A DNA stretch of 63,999 nt, counting the filler, from Chlamydiia bacterium (GTDB lineage Bacteria; Chlamydiota; Chlamydiia; Chlamydiales; FEN-1388): the NCBI GenBank assembly GCA_903848235.1. It is 9 parts of 9 records of this genome, joined end to end, with 100 filler letters (N's around TTAATTAATTAA, not from the genome) between each part and the next. Parts side by side here need not be neighbours in the genome. Positions count along the whole stretch, not along the records: positions 17,876 to 28,648 come from CAINFV010000044.1; positions 28,749 to 50,043 come from CAINFV010000045.1; 7 more parts are not named here. One strand, 5' to 3'. How positions within the stretch are numbered: position 1 is the first letter of the stretch; each line of letters begins with the position of its first letter. The translations under genes were made by a program, and so were the position numbers. This document shows positions 19,096 to 29,130 of this stretch, piece by piece. Under the pieces are notes generated by a model, which was not told the origin of the DNA, made no database searches, and worked only from the letters and a program-made list of their open reading frames with translations.

Positions 19096-19350
19096 TGTCC
19101 TCGTGACGACAACCTTTTCTATAAGAGTGTCAGGTTTGGCATTTGGGCATTTGCCACGTATTTGTTCTCTGATTTGCTACGAGGCCGCATTCGTTTACAA
19201 GCCATCATCCTAACCATGTCAGACATGTCGTCGATGAATGATAGCAAAGGCTAGGAACGGAGTATGTCGATCTTCTGTATCAGCGTCACGTCGATGTTTG
19301 GGTCCAGCATGGTGTCGTATGCAGGTGAGGCGGGAGCATTTACAGAAGAA

Positions 19351-20649
19351 TCACCTCTTCTTCAAAACCAGCAGATGCATGCCCATTAACGTCCAGGCAC
19401 TATCATCAGTTAAATAGGCGACCGTTTCATCGTATGCTTTTGCTAAATCGATTGGAATGTGCCAATGTCTTTTCAAAAGGTGTGAGAACAAGAGAATTTG
19501 ATTGAAGTAGAGTGCGTTTTTGCTGCCCTCTATTCGGACAAACTCACGTAGAACTTCTCCGTTTTTATCAAGATTGCTAAAAACAACCTCGTACAGTTCA
19601 CACAAAGGTGAATCTCCACTCTCCAATCCATGCAATAACTCAAGGGTTACTTTTCGGTTTCCTGTTTGTTGTTCTTTTTCCTGAACTCGAGCAAGCTCTC
19701 GCAGCCCCTCATCAACGGAGGGGATTGGATGGGAGGTTCTCACGGCAGAGTCACAGGTATCGATGATAATAAGATGACCGCCCGACGATAGATACTGTGC
19801 AGTATTTTGGAGGGCCATGATCGGATTTTTGAGATACTGTACGACTAACCTATATACTACAGCATCAGCTGACCCAATCAGTCGTTCATCCAAAACCTCA
19901 GCATCACCTTCTTGAAAAACGATATTCCTTCTTACGTAGTGCTCTTGAGCTTCCTTGACATATTGCGGACGCATCTCCATCCCTCGAAATGTCTTTCCCT
20001 GAAATTCACAGGCACATCGATGAAGATAGGAGCCGTTTCCGCTTCCGATTTCAAGAATTCTGTTGGAGTCTTGCCACCACTTCCATTTCGCAATCTCTTG
20101 AAATTCGAGATCGAAAAGGAGTTCCACTTGATTTTTGAGCATGAGGTCCCAAAGCTCAGCATTGCTGAGTTGATCAAAGCTTTGAAGACAATGATTGCGT
20201 AATTCTTTTATGATGTTCGGCAGAAGTTCAGAGGCATCCTTTGCGCCCTGTTTCAATATTTCAAAGGGCAGCATACTCCCGCTGCCCCCCCCTTGATATG
20301 TTTGAAACGCTAAAAGCACCTGCTCTAAGGGGTTTTCTCCTTGAACGACCTTTTGGAAGGAATGGATTTCGGCGAGTTTCAATCTCACACAATCCAAAAT
20401 CTTTCTATCTGAATAATGGCAAACAAAGGAACCTAGATTGGATATTGCCGAAAAATCATCTCTAGATCCATGTTGTTCGGAAATCTTTTGAAAATATTGT
20501 TCCAACGATATTTTAGGGGCACTATAGGCCTCCAAAAATCGAACCATCTCTCCTTGCCGAAATGAGCTTGGGTCATAATGTGGGGCGCCTGAAATCTGTA
20601 ACGCTGAGCACGGCTGTGTCGAAGAGTAAAACGCTTGAGCTGCATCCAT
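19351..20649 (-). CDS. Class I SAM methyltransferase with an orphan N-terminal extension of about 190 aa
   Basis: ILEIGSGNG, YRLVVQYL, LSSGGHLIIID; GGAGG before ATG 20649. Confidence 0.8.
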   Translation of the reverse strand: MDAAQAFYSSTQPCSALQISGAPHYDPSSFRQGEMVRFLEAYSAPKISLEQYFQKISEQHGSRDDFSAISNLGSFVCHYSDRKILDCVRLKLAEIHSFQKVVQGENPLEQVLLAFQTYQGGGSGSMLPFEILKQGAKDASELLPNIIKELRNHCLQSFDQLSNAELWDLMLKNQVELLFDLEFQEIAKWKWWQDSNRILEIGSGNGSYLHRCACEFQGKTFRGMEMRPQYVKEAQEHYVRRNIVFQEGDAEVLDERLIGSADAVVYRLVVQYLKNPIMALQNTAQYLSSGGHLIIIDTCDSAVRTSHPIPSVDEGLRELARVQEKEQQTGNRKVTLELLHGLESGDSPLCELYEVVFSNLDKNGEVLREFVRIEGSKNALYFNQILLFSHLLKRHWHIPIDLAKAYDETVAYLTDDSAWTLMGMHLLVLKKR

Positions 20650-20764
20650 ATCGAGCCTCCGTTGTAGAGAAACACGATACTTGTAGTACGAGGTGCAATT
20701 AATCGGCAAGCGGACTTGTTGAGCTCATATCGACGCTATACCCATAAAAGTTGAAGAATTGTTC

Positions 20765-21169
20765 TTAGTGCTTTTCGTTCTCATCAATGAGTTTTTGCAC
20801 CAAGGCAGAATCTAGATATGCTCGTACTTCGACAATTTTATCGTTTTTAAACCTGACAATCCAACAATATTGATTGTTAAAATTCATGCCGTTGTTGGCT
20901 ATTGAGGTTGAGACCATTTCGACAGCGGCCATATCACCTTGTACGATGATATTCTGTACGTTGAGGATGACGCCATTCCGCAACAGCTTGTTGAGTCTGT
21001 GGAAGGTGTGGGCAAGGAAATCTTCTTTGGACAGGTATTCTCCCGCTAGAGGGTGGGTGCCCATGACAAGCCATCGTACGTCCGGCGCTACTTTGGCAAA
21101 AAAACGTTCGCTATGACCGGTTCGTAAATGGTCAAATAATGTCTCAACTTGATTGTGGGTGACGGCCAT
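20765..21169 (-). CDS. SnoaL/NTF2-like protein
   Basis: DVRWLVMGTHPLAGEY, FNNQYCW, IVEVRAYLDS. Confidence 0.9.
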   Translation of the reverse strand: MAVTHNQVETLFDHLRTGHSERFFAKVAPDVRWLVMGTHPLAGEYLSKEDFLAHTFHRLNKLLRNGVILNVQNIIVQGDMAAVEMVSTSIANNGMNFNNQYCWIVRFKNDKIVEVRAYLDSALVQKLIDENEKH

Positions 21170-21198
21170 TGCTACCTCAACTAGCTCGAGTTTACACG

Positions 21199-21813
21199 TT
21201 AGGGGGCATCAGATAATGCGAAGTCCCTTGTCAAAGGTTCGTGGATGGGTTTGGCGGTTTTGCTAGTAGGTAATACACCAACACCATCCACACATATGTG
21301 CGAGGAAGATCGCGATAGATGATGCGCCCTAACGTGTAAATTCGGGCTAGCTCTTAGGATAAAAGGGATGACGACTGCAAGCAGCACGAGAGTCATGATC
21401 GGCCGCAAAAAATTTTTTGTACTTGTGTTGTGCTCTTGGATGGCAGAGTAGGTGTGGTTGATTGCAGAAAAGAAGAGGAATAAAAGAAGTGCAATCAAAA
21501 GGCTGGCCTTGGCCTGAAGGTTCCATCCAAGAAGGTAGACGCCGATCGTGGTGAGAGCTAAAGAGAGATTGGAAAGCCCCGATTGTCTTTGGTAGGCGCT
21601 TCCTTGTTCGTATCCCGACTGCTCTGCAGCGGCCTTCCCAAAGAAGATACTTTCAATGCCTGTCAATCCTGCGATAGGAACTACGACCCAAATACAGAGA
21701 AGGTCAAGCTGTCTCGACGCATCGTTCGGCGACAGGAAGGCGAGGAATATCCCTGTTCCTGCTCCTACCCACCGTAGGAGCTCGAGGAGATGGGTGACGC
21801 GTGTTGGTTGCAT
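21199..21813 (-). CDS. Membrane protein of unknown function
   Basis: About five hydrophobic segments; AAEQSGY..SAYQRQSG motif. Confidence 0.65.
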   Translation of the reverse strand: MQPTRVTHLLELLRWVGAGTGIFLAFLSPNDASRQLDLLCIWVVVPIAGLTGIESIFFGKAAAEQSGYEQGSAYQRQSGLSNLSLALTTIGVYLLGWNLQAKASLLIALLLFLFFSAINHTYSAIQEHNTSTKNFLRPIMTLVLLAVVIPFILRASPNLHVRAHHLSRSSSHICVDGVGVLPTSKTAKPIHEPLTRDFALSDAP

Positions 21814-22096
21814 CAGAATATCCTTGAGAAGCGGCGAATATGGTGTGTATACCCAAACAAGTTGAGAAATTGGTTTTTGGCATTGGCAAATTCCCAATTC
21901 TTCAACTTGTTTGGGTATATCAAAAAAACTACGATCCTTCCATCAAAAAATTCAAACATTCTAGTGGCATAAAGCGGGTTGGTATAAGGTAGAAGTGAGA
22001 TCTCTCATCCTTATTATAGTTTTAAAAACATGTTTTGTTGTTATAATTTCAATATTGTTGATAATTGAATGTGAATAATATTTGTCATGAGGCTTT

Positions 22097-23854
22097 ATGA
22101 CCATAAGAAATGATAGCGAACGTCCTCCCGAGTCAAGGGAAGCTCTTATAGTACGAGCTGTCAAACCATGTGTTGACCTTCGTGTCGACCTCAGTCGCCT
22201 TCCTGATAGAGAAACACTTTTACACGAGTCTCGTCTGTCGCCGGAACTTCGTGCTGGACGAATGTTCTTGCGTTCGGGTGAAAAAGACCTTCCCGATGGC
22301 AAAATGATTTGGCTGCGAGTTCTTCCCGCTGCTGACCAGTGTACCTTTGAACTTGTGGATTTGCTAGCGGTCGATCTTGAAAAATGTCAGCGTGTTTTTG
22401 CTCTCGTCCATGGGTTCCAAGACCATGTAGGGTTCCTCTCCAAACTTGCTGCCCCGTCGTTTCCTGGGAAGAGGGCTATCGATGTTTTGTGGAACTTGAT
22501 GGCTCTAGGAGGAATGGAGACAATGTTTTTTGGCGATGGGTCAACTCTGCTCGCGTCGAGCAGCCATGCCCCCGCCTGTTGCGATTCTGGAGCATTGACT
22601 TCTCTTCGTTCTATCGGAGCATTTGCCGATGGAAAGAGCTGGTATGAAATGCAGGGGGCGACCGGAGAACAGCCAGCGATACCGTTTCAATCGTTCGCGT
22701 TAGCGGTCGAACCGCTCGCGGATGACCTCCTCGAAGACAGCAAGGATCGAAGAATATTGACAAGACGGCCTGAAGAGTTCGATAGAATGGTGTTCGAGCG
22801 ACGGTCGTTTTTGCTTCGCGAATTTCAACCAAGCCTGAAGGCATATCGCTTGGCATGTCACTTTTTGCATTCACTTCCACTTCGCACACTCGATGATGGG
22901 TTGGCACGACTCTCCGACCGTTATCCCTCGTTGTTGCGACTGCGAGAGACATTGAGCGAAGCATCATCAGTGACATCATGCAGTGGATCTGTAGGCGGTC
23001 TTGTGAAATCAATGATGAAACGAAGAGATGTCCCGGCATATCACCAGCTCCACCATGAGATTCGCGATCGGCTTGTTACGAACAAAGAATCAGTATTTTT
23101 TCCATACATTGCCGATGTGCTCGACACCCAATATTCCCACGATGAGGTTTCGTGCATGCTCGCTTGGTGCGCTCTAAGGCAGTTTGGTATCGACCTCAGA
23201 AACGGGGGATTTTCTCAGAAAGAGACGTGTGACGTTGTTGCAGAGCTGCTGGATGCTGCTGCTGCTCAACGAAATGCTATAGCCCAGAGAGTGTGCAAGG
23301 ATGTGCATTGTAGATTAACGTCTGGCGCTGATAAGAGGCTGGGCGAGAGCGAGGAGATAGAAGCCGAACCGATCGCTAAACAGGTTCGCAAAGCAGACTT
23401 GAAACACCTAGAACAAAGTAATGGCTCTCCATCCGTAAAAATGTGTGCTCATTCAAATCGCCTTCAACGGAAGCGATGGCATCAATATGCGACAGATGTT
23501 GGTGACGTAGATGCATTTTTTTCTGCCCAGCAGGCCATTCAGTATCTGGTGCGATTGCCCTTAAAAACAGTGCAGTCAATCTATCCCGAGCTTGGCAAAA
23601 GGCTAGAAAGCCGATTTCATCCTACTGATGAAATGACCGTTTCAGATTTGATGAAATCGGTGGATTCTAACGCACGCGGTTGGATACTCGATGAACTTCT
23701 TCGAGGAGCAAACAACCACATCTCTGCCTTGTTTGTGCGTTATCTTGAAGGCCATCAAGCAGCGAAAATTGAGTCCGAAAAAATGTATGCTCTCTTCAAC
23801 ATTGCGAAGACCGTGTGCGATGGGATGTATAGCTTTACATTCAGAATTTTGTAG
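22097..23854 (+). CDS. Orphan hypothetical protein (585 aa)
   Basis: Long ORF after an AT-rich promoter-like region; no motif recognised. Confidence 0.6.
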   Translation: MTIRNDSERPPESREALIVRAVKPCVDLRVDLSRLPDRETLLHESRLSPELRAGRMFLRSGEKDLPDGKMIWLRVLPAADQCTFELVDLLAVDLEKCQRVFALVHGFQDHVGFLSKLAAPSFPGKRAIDVLWNLMALGGMETMFFGDGSTLLASSSHAPACCDSGALTSLRSIGAFADGKSWYEMQGATGEQPAIPFQSFALAVEPLADDLLEDSKDRRILTRRPEEFDRMVFERRSFLLREFQPSLKAYRLACHFLHSLPLRTLDDGLARLSDRYPSLLRLRETLSEASSVTSCSGSVGGLVKSMMKRRDVPAYHQLHHEIRDRLVTNKESVFFPYIADVLDTQYSHDEVSCMLAWCALRQFGIDLRNGGFSQKETCDVVAELLDAAAAQRNAIAQRVCKDVHCRLTSGADKRLGESEEIEAEPIAKQVRKADLKHLEQSNGSPSVKMCAHSNRLQRKRWHQYATDVGDVDAFFSAQQAIQYLVRLPLKTVQSIYPELGKRLESRFHPTDEMTVSDLMKSVDSNARGWILDELLRGANNHISALFVRYLEGHQAAKIESEKMYALFNIAKTVCDGMYSFTFRIL

Positions 23855-23923
23855 CCTGTTGCAGTAAAAATTTTTGATCGAAGATACTTGATACGGTGAG
23901 TGGCTTGTCGTATTGTGGCTCGT

Positions 23924-24085
23924 AGGGACTGTAAAAAAATAACATGTGCAAGTTGGGTGAGCGAGGTCGTCGAGATGTCGAGGATCGTAACGAGCCCCAT
24001 AGCGTGCTATGGGCGAGGAACGATCCATCGGCAGATCGATGGCCGCAGCCATCCAACTTGCACATGTTATTCTTTTACAGTCCCT
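23924..24085. mobile_element. 162-bp palindromic MITE-like element
   Basis: AGGGACTGTAAAA.AATAACATGTGCAAGTTGG ... CCAACTTGCACATGTTATT.TTTTACAGTCCCT; central CCCATAGC-GT-GCTATGGG. Confidence 0.85.
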
Positions 24086-24134
24086 TAATTGATGCACACG
24101 TAGCCAAGAGCTGCAGAACAACATGTGAGGGGTT

Positions 24135-24344
24135 ATGGCAGATCCAATAGAAGAAGATATAAGGATCTCTCGTCGGAAGAAGCTATTGCTGCAGTATCAA
24201 AACATAGCCGAGGCGAACCAAGAATCGAATCAAGAGGTATCATCAGAGTCGGTCGGCAATATGCAGGGGAAAAAAGTAAAAGACATTACTTCGAAGAATC
24301 CCGAATCATATATCCGACATGTCTTCGACAATAAGATGAAGTAG
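24135..24344 (+). CDS. Small hydrophilic hypothetical protein
   Basis: GAGGGG RBS; fills the intergenic space. Confidence 0.5.
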   Translation: MADPIEEDIRISRRKKLLLQYQNIAEANQESNQEVSSESVGNMQGKKVKDITSKNPESYIRHVFDNKMK

Positions 24345-24375
24345 AACCTATGCTTGAGCACTATTGAGGAGGCCT

Positions 24376-25083
24376 ATGCCTTACCCCTTCATCGCGTTTA
24401 TCTCTGTCGTCATCTTTTCTCTCGTCCACATCTATGCTGAAAAAGTGAGAACCCTTGGGGTTCTCTCACAGGGACGGTTTCTCTCCCTCGGTGGCGGTGT
24501 TGCCATAGCGTATGTTTTTATCGACCTTCTCCCAAAGCTTGGCAAAAGCAATCAGCTCGTAGAACAGATCCTTGCCGGCTTTTTTCCGTATTTCGAACGC
24601 CATGTCTTCGTGATGGCGCTGTTGGGATTTTTACTGTTTTTTCTGATCGATAGGGTTCCTTCTGGGTGGCTCAAAGATGAGAAATTTACCCTCTCGCTCT
24701 GCTCGTATGCGCTGTTTAATTTTTTAGTTGGGTATGCTGTTGTCAATAAAGATAACCCAGAAGTCCAGCCTCTTGTTCTGTTTACCATCGCCATAGCGCT
24801 TCACTACTTCACCAATGACTACAGCCTGTGCGAGAGTCACGGGGAAGCCTACAGAACCACTGGCAGGTGGGTGTTGATTGCTGCTCTGTTCTTCGGCTGG
24901 CTGGCTGGCTTGACCATACAGCTTTCTGTAACGGCCATCGCCCTTATCAGTGCATTTATTGGAGGAGGAGTGATGATGAACGTCACTCGGCACGAGCTTC
25001 CTCAGGGAAATGAGAATAGTGTTAGTGCTTTTGTCCTGTCTGCTGCTGTTTATACAGCAGTTCTTCTCAATATTCATGCGTGA
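24376..25083 (+). CDS. Multi-pass membrane protein, ZIP-transporter-like
   Basis: GGGVAIAYVFIDLLP, IALHY, NVTRHELP; GAGGAGG RBS. Confidence 0.7.
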   Translation: MPYPFIAFISVVIFSLVHIYAEKVRTLGVLSQGRFLSLGGGVAIAYVFIDLLPKLGKSNQLVEQILAGFFPYFERHVFVMALLGFLLFFLIDRVPSGWLKDEKFTLSLCSYALFNFLVGYAVVNKDNPEVQPLVLFTIAIALHYFTNDYSLCESHGEAYRTTGRWVLIAALFFGWLAGLTIQLSVTAIALISAFIGGGVMMNVTRHELPQGNENSVSAFVLSAAVYTAVLLNIHA

Positions 25084-25165
25084 TATCAGAGTTCAGTTTC
25101 AATTTTTTTCTGTCAAAAATCGCAGACATGCTATCGTTTTTTTCTCATCAAAGAGGGAGAATATT

Positions 25166-25648
25166 ATGAGGATAGAGATGCCCGAGTTTGCAAACGCCTT
25201 TCCAAACCTTTCTGAAGCGGTCACCCTGGCAAATCGATTGTTTCAGGGAGACGGTGACTTTTTTACACAGGTTGGTGCAATACCGCAGTTTGCTTTGTCA
25301 GAGCACGCCGCTACGCGTCAGCCAGTGACAGGAGCGGAAATAGTGCCATTATTATCGCAACAGATTGATGTGATGGTCGTTACATATAAGCCTTGGTATG
25401 TGTGTTCGAAGGCGACAGCAAAAACAATACTCGGTGAAAAAGTCATTCAACTGAACGCGCGCAAGCTCCAACGTTCTATAGATGAGCTGGTGGCTACATT
25501 AGTCCATGAATGTGTCCATGTTGTAGATACAGTCCCTGGAATGTCGTTTGGACATGGAAACAATTTTGCAAATGGCAAGAAGTTGACGGCTCCGTATCGA
25601 ATTGGGAAGATCGCGCAAGATCTTGTGCCGGGCTTGCAAGCTCACTAG
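25166..25648 (+). CDS. Small zincin-like metallopeptidase (HExxH)
   Basis: ATLVHECVH followed by FGHG; GAGGGAG RBS before ATG 25166. Confidence 0.65.
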   Translation: MRIEMPEFANAFPNLSEAVTLANRLFQGDGDFFTQVGAIPQFALSEHAATRQPVTGAEIVPLLSQQIDVMVVTYKPWYVCSKATAKTILGEKVIQLNARKLQRSIDELVATLVHECVHVVDTVPGMSFGHGNNFANGKKLTAPYRIGKIAQDLVPGLQAH

Positions 25649-25684
25649 TATGTTTTTCGGAAGATATATCTCTTCTTGTTCAAG

Positions 25685-25809
25685 AATCGGATTTCACGCT
25701 TAAGAAAAAGCCTCGGGATTCGACGGTCAAAAAGGGACCCGTATTTGCACTATTGGTTCCTTTTTGATCGTCGAATCCTGAGAGCTTTTTCTTAAGCGTC
25801 AACCCGATT
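25685..25809. repeat. Palindromic intergenic element
   Basis: ACGCTTAAGAAAAAGC.TCGGGATTCGACGGTCAAAAAGG ... CCTTTTTGATCGTCGAATCCTGAGAGCTTTTTCTTAAGCGT. Confidence 0.85.
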
Positions 25810-25850
25810 ACAGCCAAAACGGCAGAAAACGAAAATTCAAAGGATCAAGT

Positions 25851-28511
25851 ATGATCGACCCGGGAACAATTCGCGAAAACCGCTTAGACAATACCACGTT
25901 TCGACATGAACTGTACCCCCCGTCAGCGGAGGGGGTGAGTGAAATTCGGATGTCAATTGCTGATGTAGATGATGGCGAAGCGCGGTTCAGACTTGTCAAT
26001 ACGATTCAGAATCTCTTTCAAAAAAAAGTTGTTGATTTAACGAGGACGAATCTGGAACGCGGTATCATCGCCGACATTGATGCGTCAGATAGCCCTATCA
26101 GAGGTCGGTGGTTGATCACTTCGCGAAAGGTTGGATGTCTCTTCTGGAGAATTCTCGAGAGCATTCTATATTGGGTAAAACAATGGTTTCCGTGTTTCTA
26201 TACCCCGCCAACCGGCTGGAGGGTTGATGTTACCATCACGAATATCAAAGGACATTGCTGCGAAGAGCTTGCCGCAAGGATCGCTGGTGCTACCGCCATT
26301 CTTCATGTTCCATCATCAGAGGGACTTCCCGACAGGGCCAGAACACTGCCTCTCCCGCAAACAGCGGAAGAGATTCTGAGGATACCGAACTTCGCTGATC
26401 CGGCGACCTGCCTGTCACGACTCTGCTTGCAAACTGTTGAAGGCCCGTATGTGATGGAGGCTGATCTACAGTCTGATTATTGCCTTTTAATCGAAGGAGA
26501 AAGTCTTTCCCTAAAAAGAATTCCTTCTAAAAAAGACGATGCCTATCGCGATGCCAATCGAGCTGTGGTGCGCTACTATGTGACTTTTCTCAAGCGTGAG
26601 TTTGGGCTTGATTTTTTGACACAAATCCAACAGACAAGCGGCATCGATTTAGGAGCTATGATTGACAGCGGTTCGCCGTTGACGCCAGATATCGTTTCTC
26701 GGTGCAATGCTTGTGCGAATAACATCGAAATGAGGCATCTAGAAAGGCTTTGGCACCGACTTTGCATTTTTAAATCGCGCTTTTCTGCCATTAGCACGGG
26801 CAAAGACCATGAATTTTTATTGTTGATGCCTACTGATGAAGTCGATATTCGGCAGCATATTCTTCCGTGGAGAGGTGTGAGGAGGCTTTTGGAGGGGAGG
26901 ACTTATGAGCAAGTGACAGCCTTTCTTCATAAGCTGATTGGCGATGCTCCCCCTGAATCGGTGCAGGATCTATCTCCAGAAAAATTTAATGCTGTCAGAG
27001 GTCTTTTTGAGTCTACACCTGAGGAACTGGATCGAGTCTACACAGGACGAAAGATCACACATATTGCTATCTCTGGCTTCAATACGATGGGGAATCCCAA
27101 CAAATCCAATCCCGTTTCATGTCAGGCAGAACTTCTCCAAATTTTTAATGGGCTACGGCATGATTGGAATACGTTTGTTGAGTTAACAGCACACGTGTAT
27201 TCCAAGAAAAATCACTTTCGCCTCACTTCTGATCAACGCAAGGAAGAATGGCATGTTGGCGCGATCATTCCAGGGCCAATGGCGGACGATAAACAAGAGA
27301 CGTCGTTTTTTACGCAAGCCGTTGTCGATGATGGACAGGGATCCTTCAGCTATGTTCTCGAACCGGCATGCCATAACTACACCTTGAATGGAAGAAGGCT
27401 TCCATGGTTTAAGGTATACCGAAGTACGAATAGCAATCCCAATTCTCCTGGCTGGTGGACATCCCTGTTGGCAGATCTGAATTCCACTGGGTCGCCAGGC
27501 TCCTTGAATCCTGATGCTGCCTATGTCCAGGAGCGTGCCGCTCTTGACAGAAGGTCTTTGCCGATATGGAGTGCGTACTTGGAGGCTGCCTGTATGATCA
27601 AATCTGATCCCGCCCTCAGTGCTCTTACCCACGAACAAGCTTTGACAAACGCTGTAGAAGAGCTCGATGAGTACTTGAAGATGATAGAGCCAGAGGCGAG
27701 AGTGGGTCTTATGGAGCCCCTAAGAACTGCTTTGCATATGAAACAGACAGAGCATGTCGAAAAATCCTTACGTTGGATTGCGTCAAGATATCGAGAACGT
27801 CCGAGTGATAAAATAGCACAAGACACCTTTCATATCGGCCATAGTCTAGGAGCATCGAATGCGCAATTATTTACCTGGCATCATTTTCCAAAACAACGGC
27901 GTATCCCAATGATCGGATGCGGAAGCTATACCGTTGCCTTTAACGGCACTGGTATTGACAAGGCGCATGATGAAGAATTTATCTCTTTTGGAAGGCAGCA
28001 CAAAGAGCTGTTACGTCTCTTACATGTTCACTTCTCAGTTCAGCATCAACTCGAATATGGGGACATCGTCCCGCAGGGTGGTGAGAGACACTTAGGGACT
28101 ACAGGACATACTGACGAAGATGATTCCTGGCTCCGCGTGAACGCTTATGTCTTTAAGCCGAATATTTATGATGCACCGCAAACAGCAACTGCCCTTCCAA
28201 TTATAACCCTTCAAACACATGGAAGGAGGATTAGTGAGGCTGTTGAAGGAGAAGGGCAAGACTTTGTTCGCACACCGCTGACGCCTCAGCAGCTCGTTGA
28301 TTTTCATGACTCATGGTATCTGCCGAGCGACCTCCATCGACTTTTCGGCTATCCACTTCTCATAAGTCCCTATATCAGTGAGAAAGTTCGACGCGTAGTC
28401 GCAGGTGTCTTCTCGCCATTAGGGCAGCTGCTCTCCCCATTCCTGGAAATAGAGGCACCTGTCCGTACCCACGAAAATGTGACGTATGTGGAATATACTG
28501 GTTCCAATTGA
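25851..28511 (+). CDS. 886-aa protein with a C-terminal class-3 lipase-like alpha/beta hydrolase domain
   Basis: HIGHSLGA nucleophile elbow, GDIVP and a downstream THG. Confidence 0.7.
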   Translation: MIDPGTIRENRLDNTTFRHELYPPSAEGVSEIRMSIADVDDGEARFRLVNTIQNLFQKKVVDLTRTNLERGIIADIDASDSPIRGRWLITSRKVGCLFWRILESILYWVKQWFPCFYTPPTGWRVDVTITNIKGHCCEELAARIAGATAILHVPSSEGLPDRARTLPLPQTAEEILRIPNFADPATCLSRLCLQTVEGPYVMEADLQSDYCLLIEGESLSLKRIPSKKDDAYRDANRAVVRYYVTFLKREFGLDFLTQIQQTSGIDLGAMIDSGSPLTPDIVSRCNACANNIEMRHLERLWHRLCIFKSRFSAISTGKDHEFLLLMPTDEVDIRQHILPWRGVRRLLEGRTYEQVTAFLHKLIGDAPPESVQDLSPEKFNAVRGLFESTPEELDRVYTGRKITHIAISGFNTMGNPNKSNPVSCQAELLQIFNGLRHDWNTFVELTAHVYSKKNHFRLTSDQRKEEWHVGAIIPGPMADDKQETSFFTQAVVDDGQGSFSYVLEPACHNYTLNGRRLPWFKVYRSTNSNPNSPGWWTSLLADLNSTGSPGSLNPDAAYVQERAALDRRSLPIWSAYLEAACMIKSDPALSALTHEQALTNAVEELDEYLKMIEPEARVGLMEPLRTALHMKQTEHVEKSLRWIASRYRERPSDKIAQDTFHIGHSLGASNAQLFTWHHFPKQRRIPMIGCGSYTVAFNGTGIDKAHDEEFISFGRQHKELLRLLHVHFSVQHQLEYGDIVPQGGERHLGTTGHTDEDDSWLRVNAYVFKPNIYDAPQTATALPIITLQTHGRRISEAVEGEGQDFVRTPLTPQQLVDFHDSWYLPSDLHRLFGYPLLISPYISEKVRRVVAGVFSPLGQLLSPFLEIEAPVRTHENVTYVEYTGSN

Positions 28512-28648
28512 AAGTTGGAGTTTTTTGCCGCGTTAAAGCCTCGATCTTTGAGCCATCAAAAAACATCCAATAGTACACTATGGGGTGTTTTTTGATGGTC
28601 AAATCTCGAGCCTTTTCCGCGACAAAAAACCTCAACTTTCAACTGTCA
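28508..28648. mobile_element. Palindromic MITE-like element overlapping the stop codon of the lipase-like gene
   Basis: TTGAAAGTTG..GTTTTTTG.CGCG ... CGCG.CAAAAAAC.TCAACTTTCAA; inner CCATCAAAAAACA / TGTTTTTTGATGG. Confidence 0.8.
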
Positions 28649-28748
28649 NNNNNNNNNNNNNNNNNNNNNNNNNNNNNNNNNNNNNNNNNNNNTTAATTAA
28701 TTAANNNNNNNNNNNNNNNNNNNNNNNNNNNNNNNNNNNNNNNNNNNN

Positions 28749-28948
28749 AGAATCGTCCCTCCGCGCTGAATAATATTTGACACAGAGCGAGATCCCATTT
28801 CATCGAGCTCTCCATAGATCAGTCCTCGATATCCTCGACGCACGCCAAATACGGTCCAGTTTTGGATTTTTGCTACTCGTACTGAGCTACGGATCGCGGC
28901 GTTCATGCCTGGCGCGTCACCACCACTTGTTAAGATTGCCAGTCGCAT
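28749..28948 (-). CDS. pfkA: 6-phosphofructokinase, PfkA type (N-terminus only)
   Basis: [15 protein letters not shown] ... GYRGL ... [17 protein letters not shown]. Confidence 0.9.
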
Positions 28949-29130
28949 AATAAAGCCTCCTCCGCCTAAGATTGCGGTTGTTAAAGAAATAACCTGTTTC
29001 CTTCACCATAAAGAATATGGGTAAGAAAGGCAAAAAGTTTTTTTATCATGTTCGGTAGATGAGAGGTTATAGCGAAGCAGTTCTTCGTTTCAAGCTTTTT
29101 AATCTGCCTATTAACAGAAGGTGTGCTTTC

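Noticed and set aside
23642..24150. Cluster of overlapping small ORFs on both strands
   Set aside because: Produced by the palindromic element (HPTCTCY appears on both strands)
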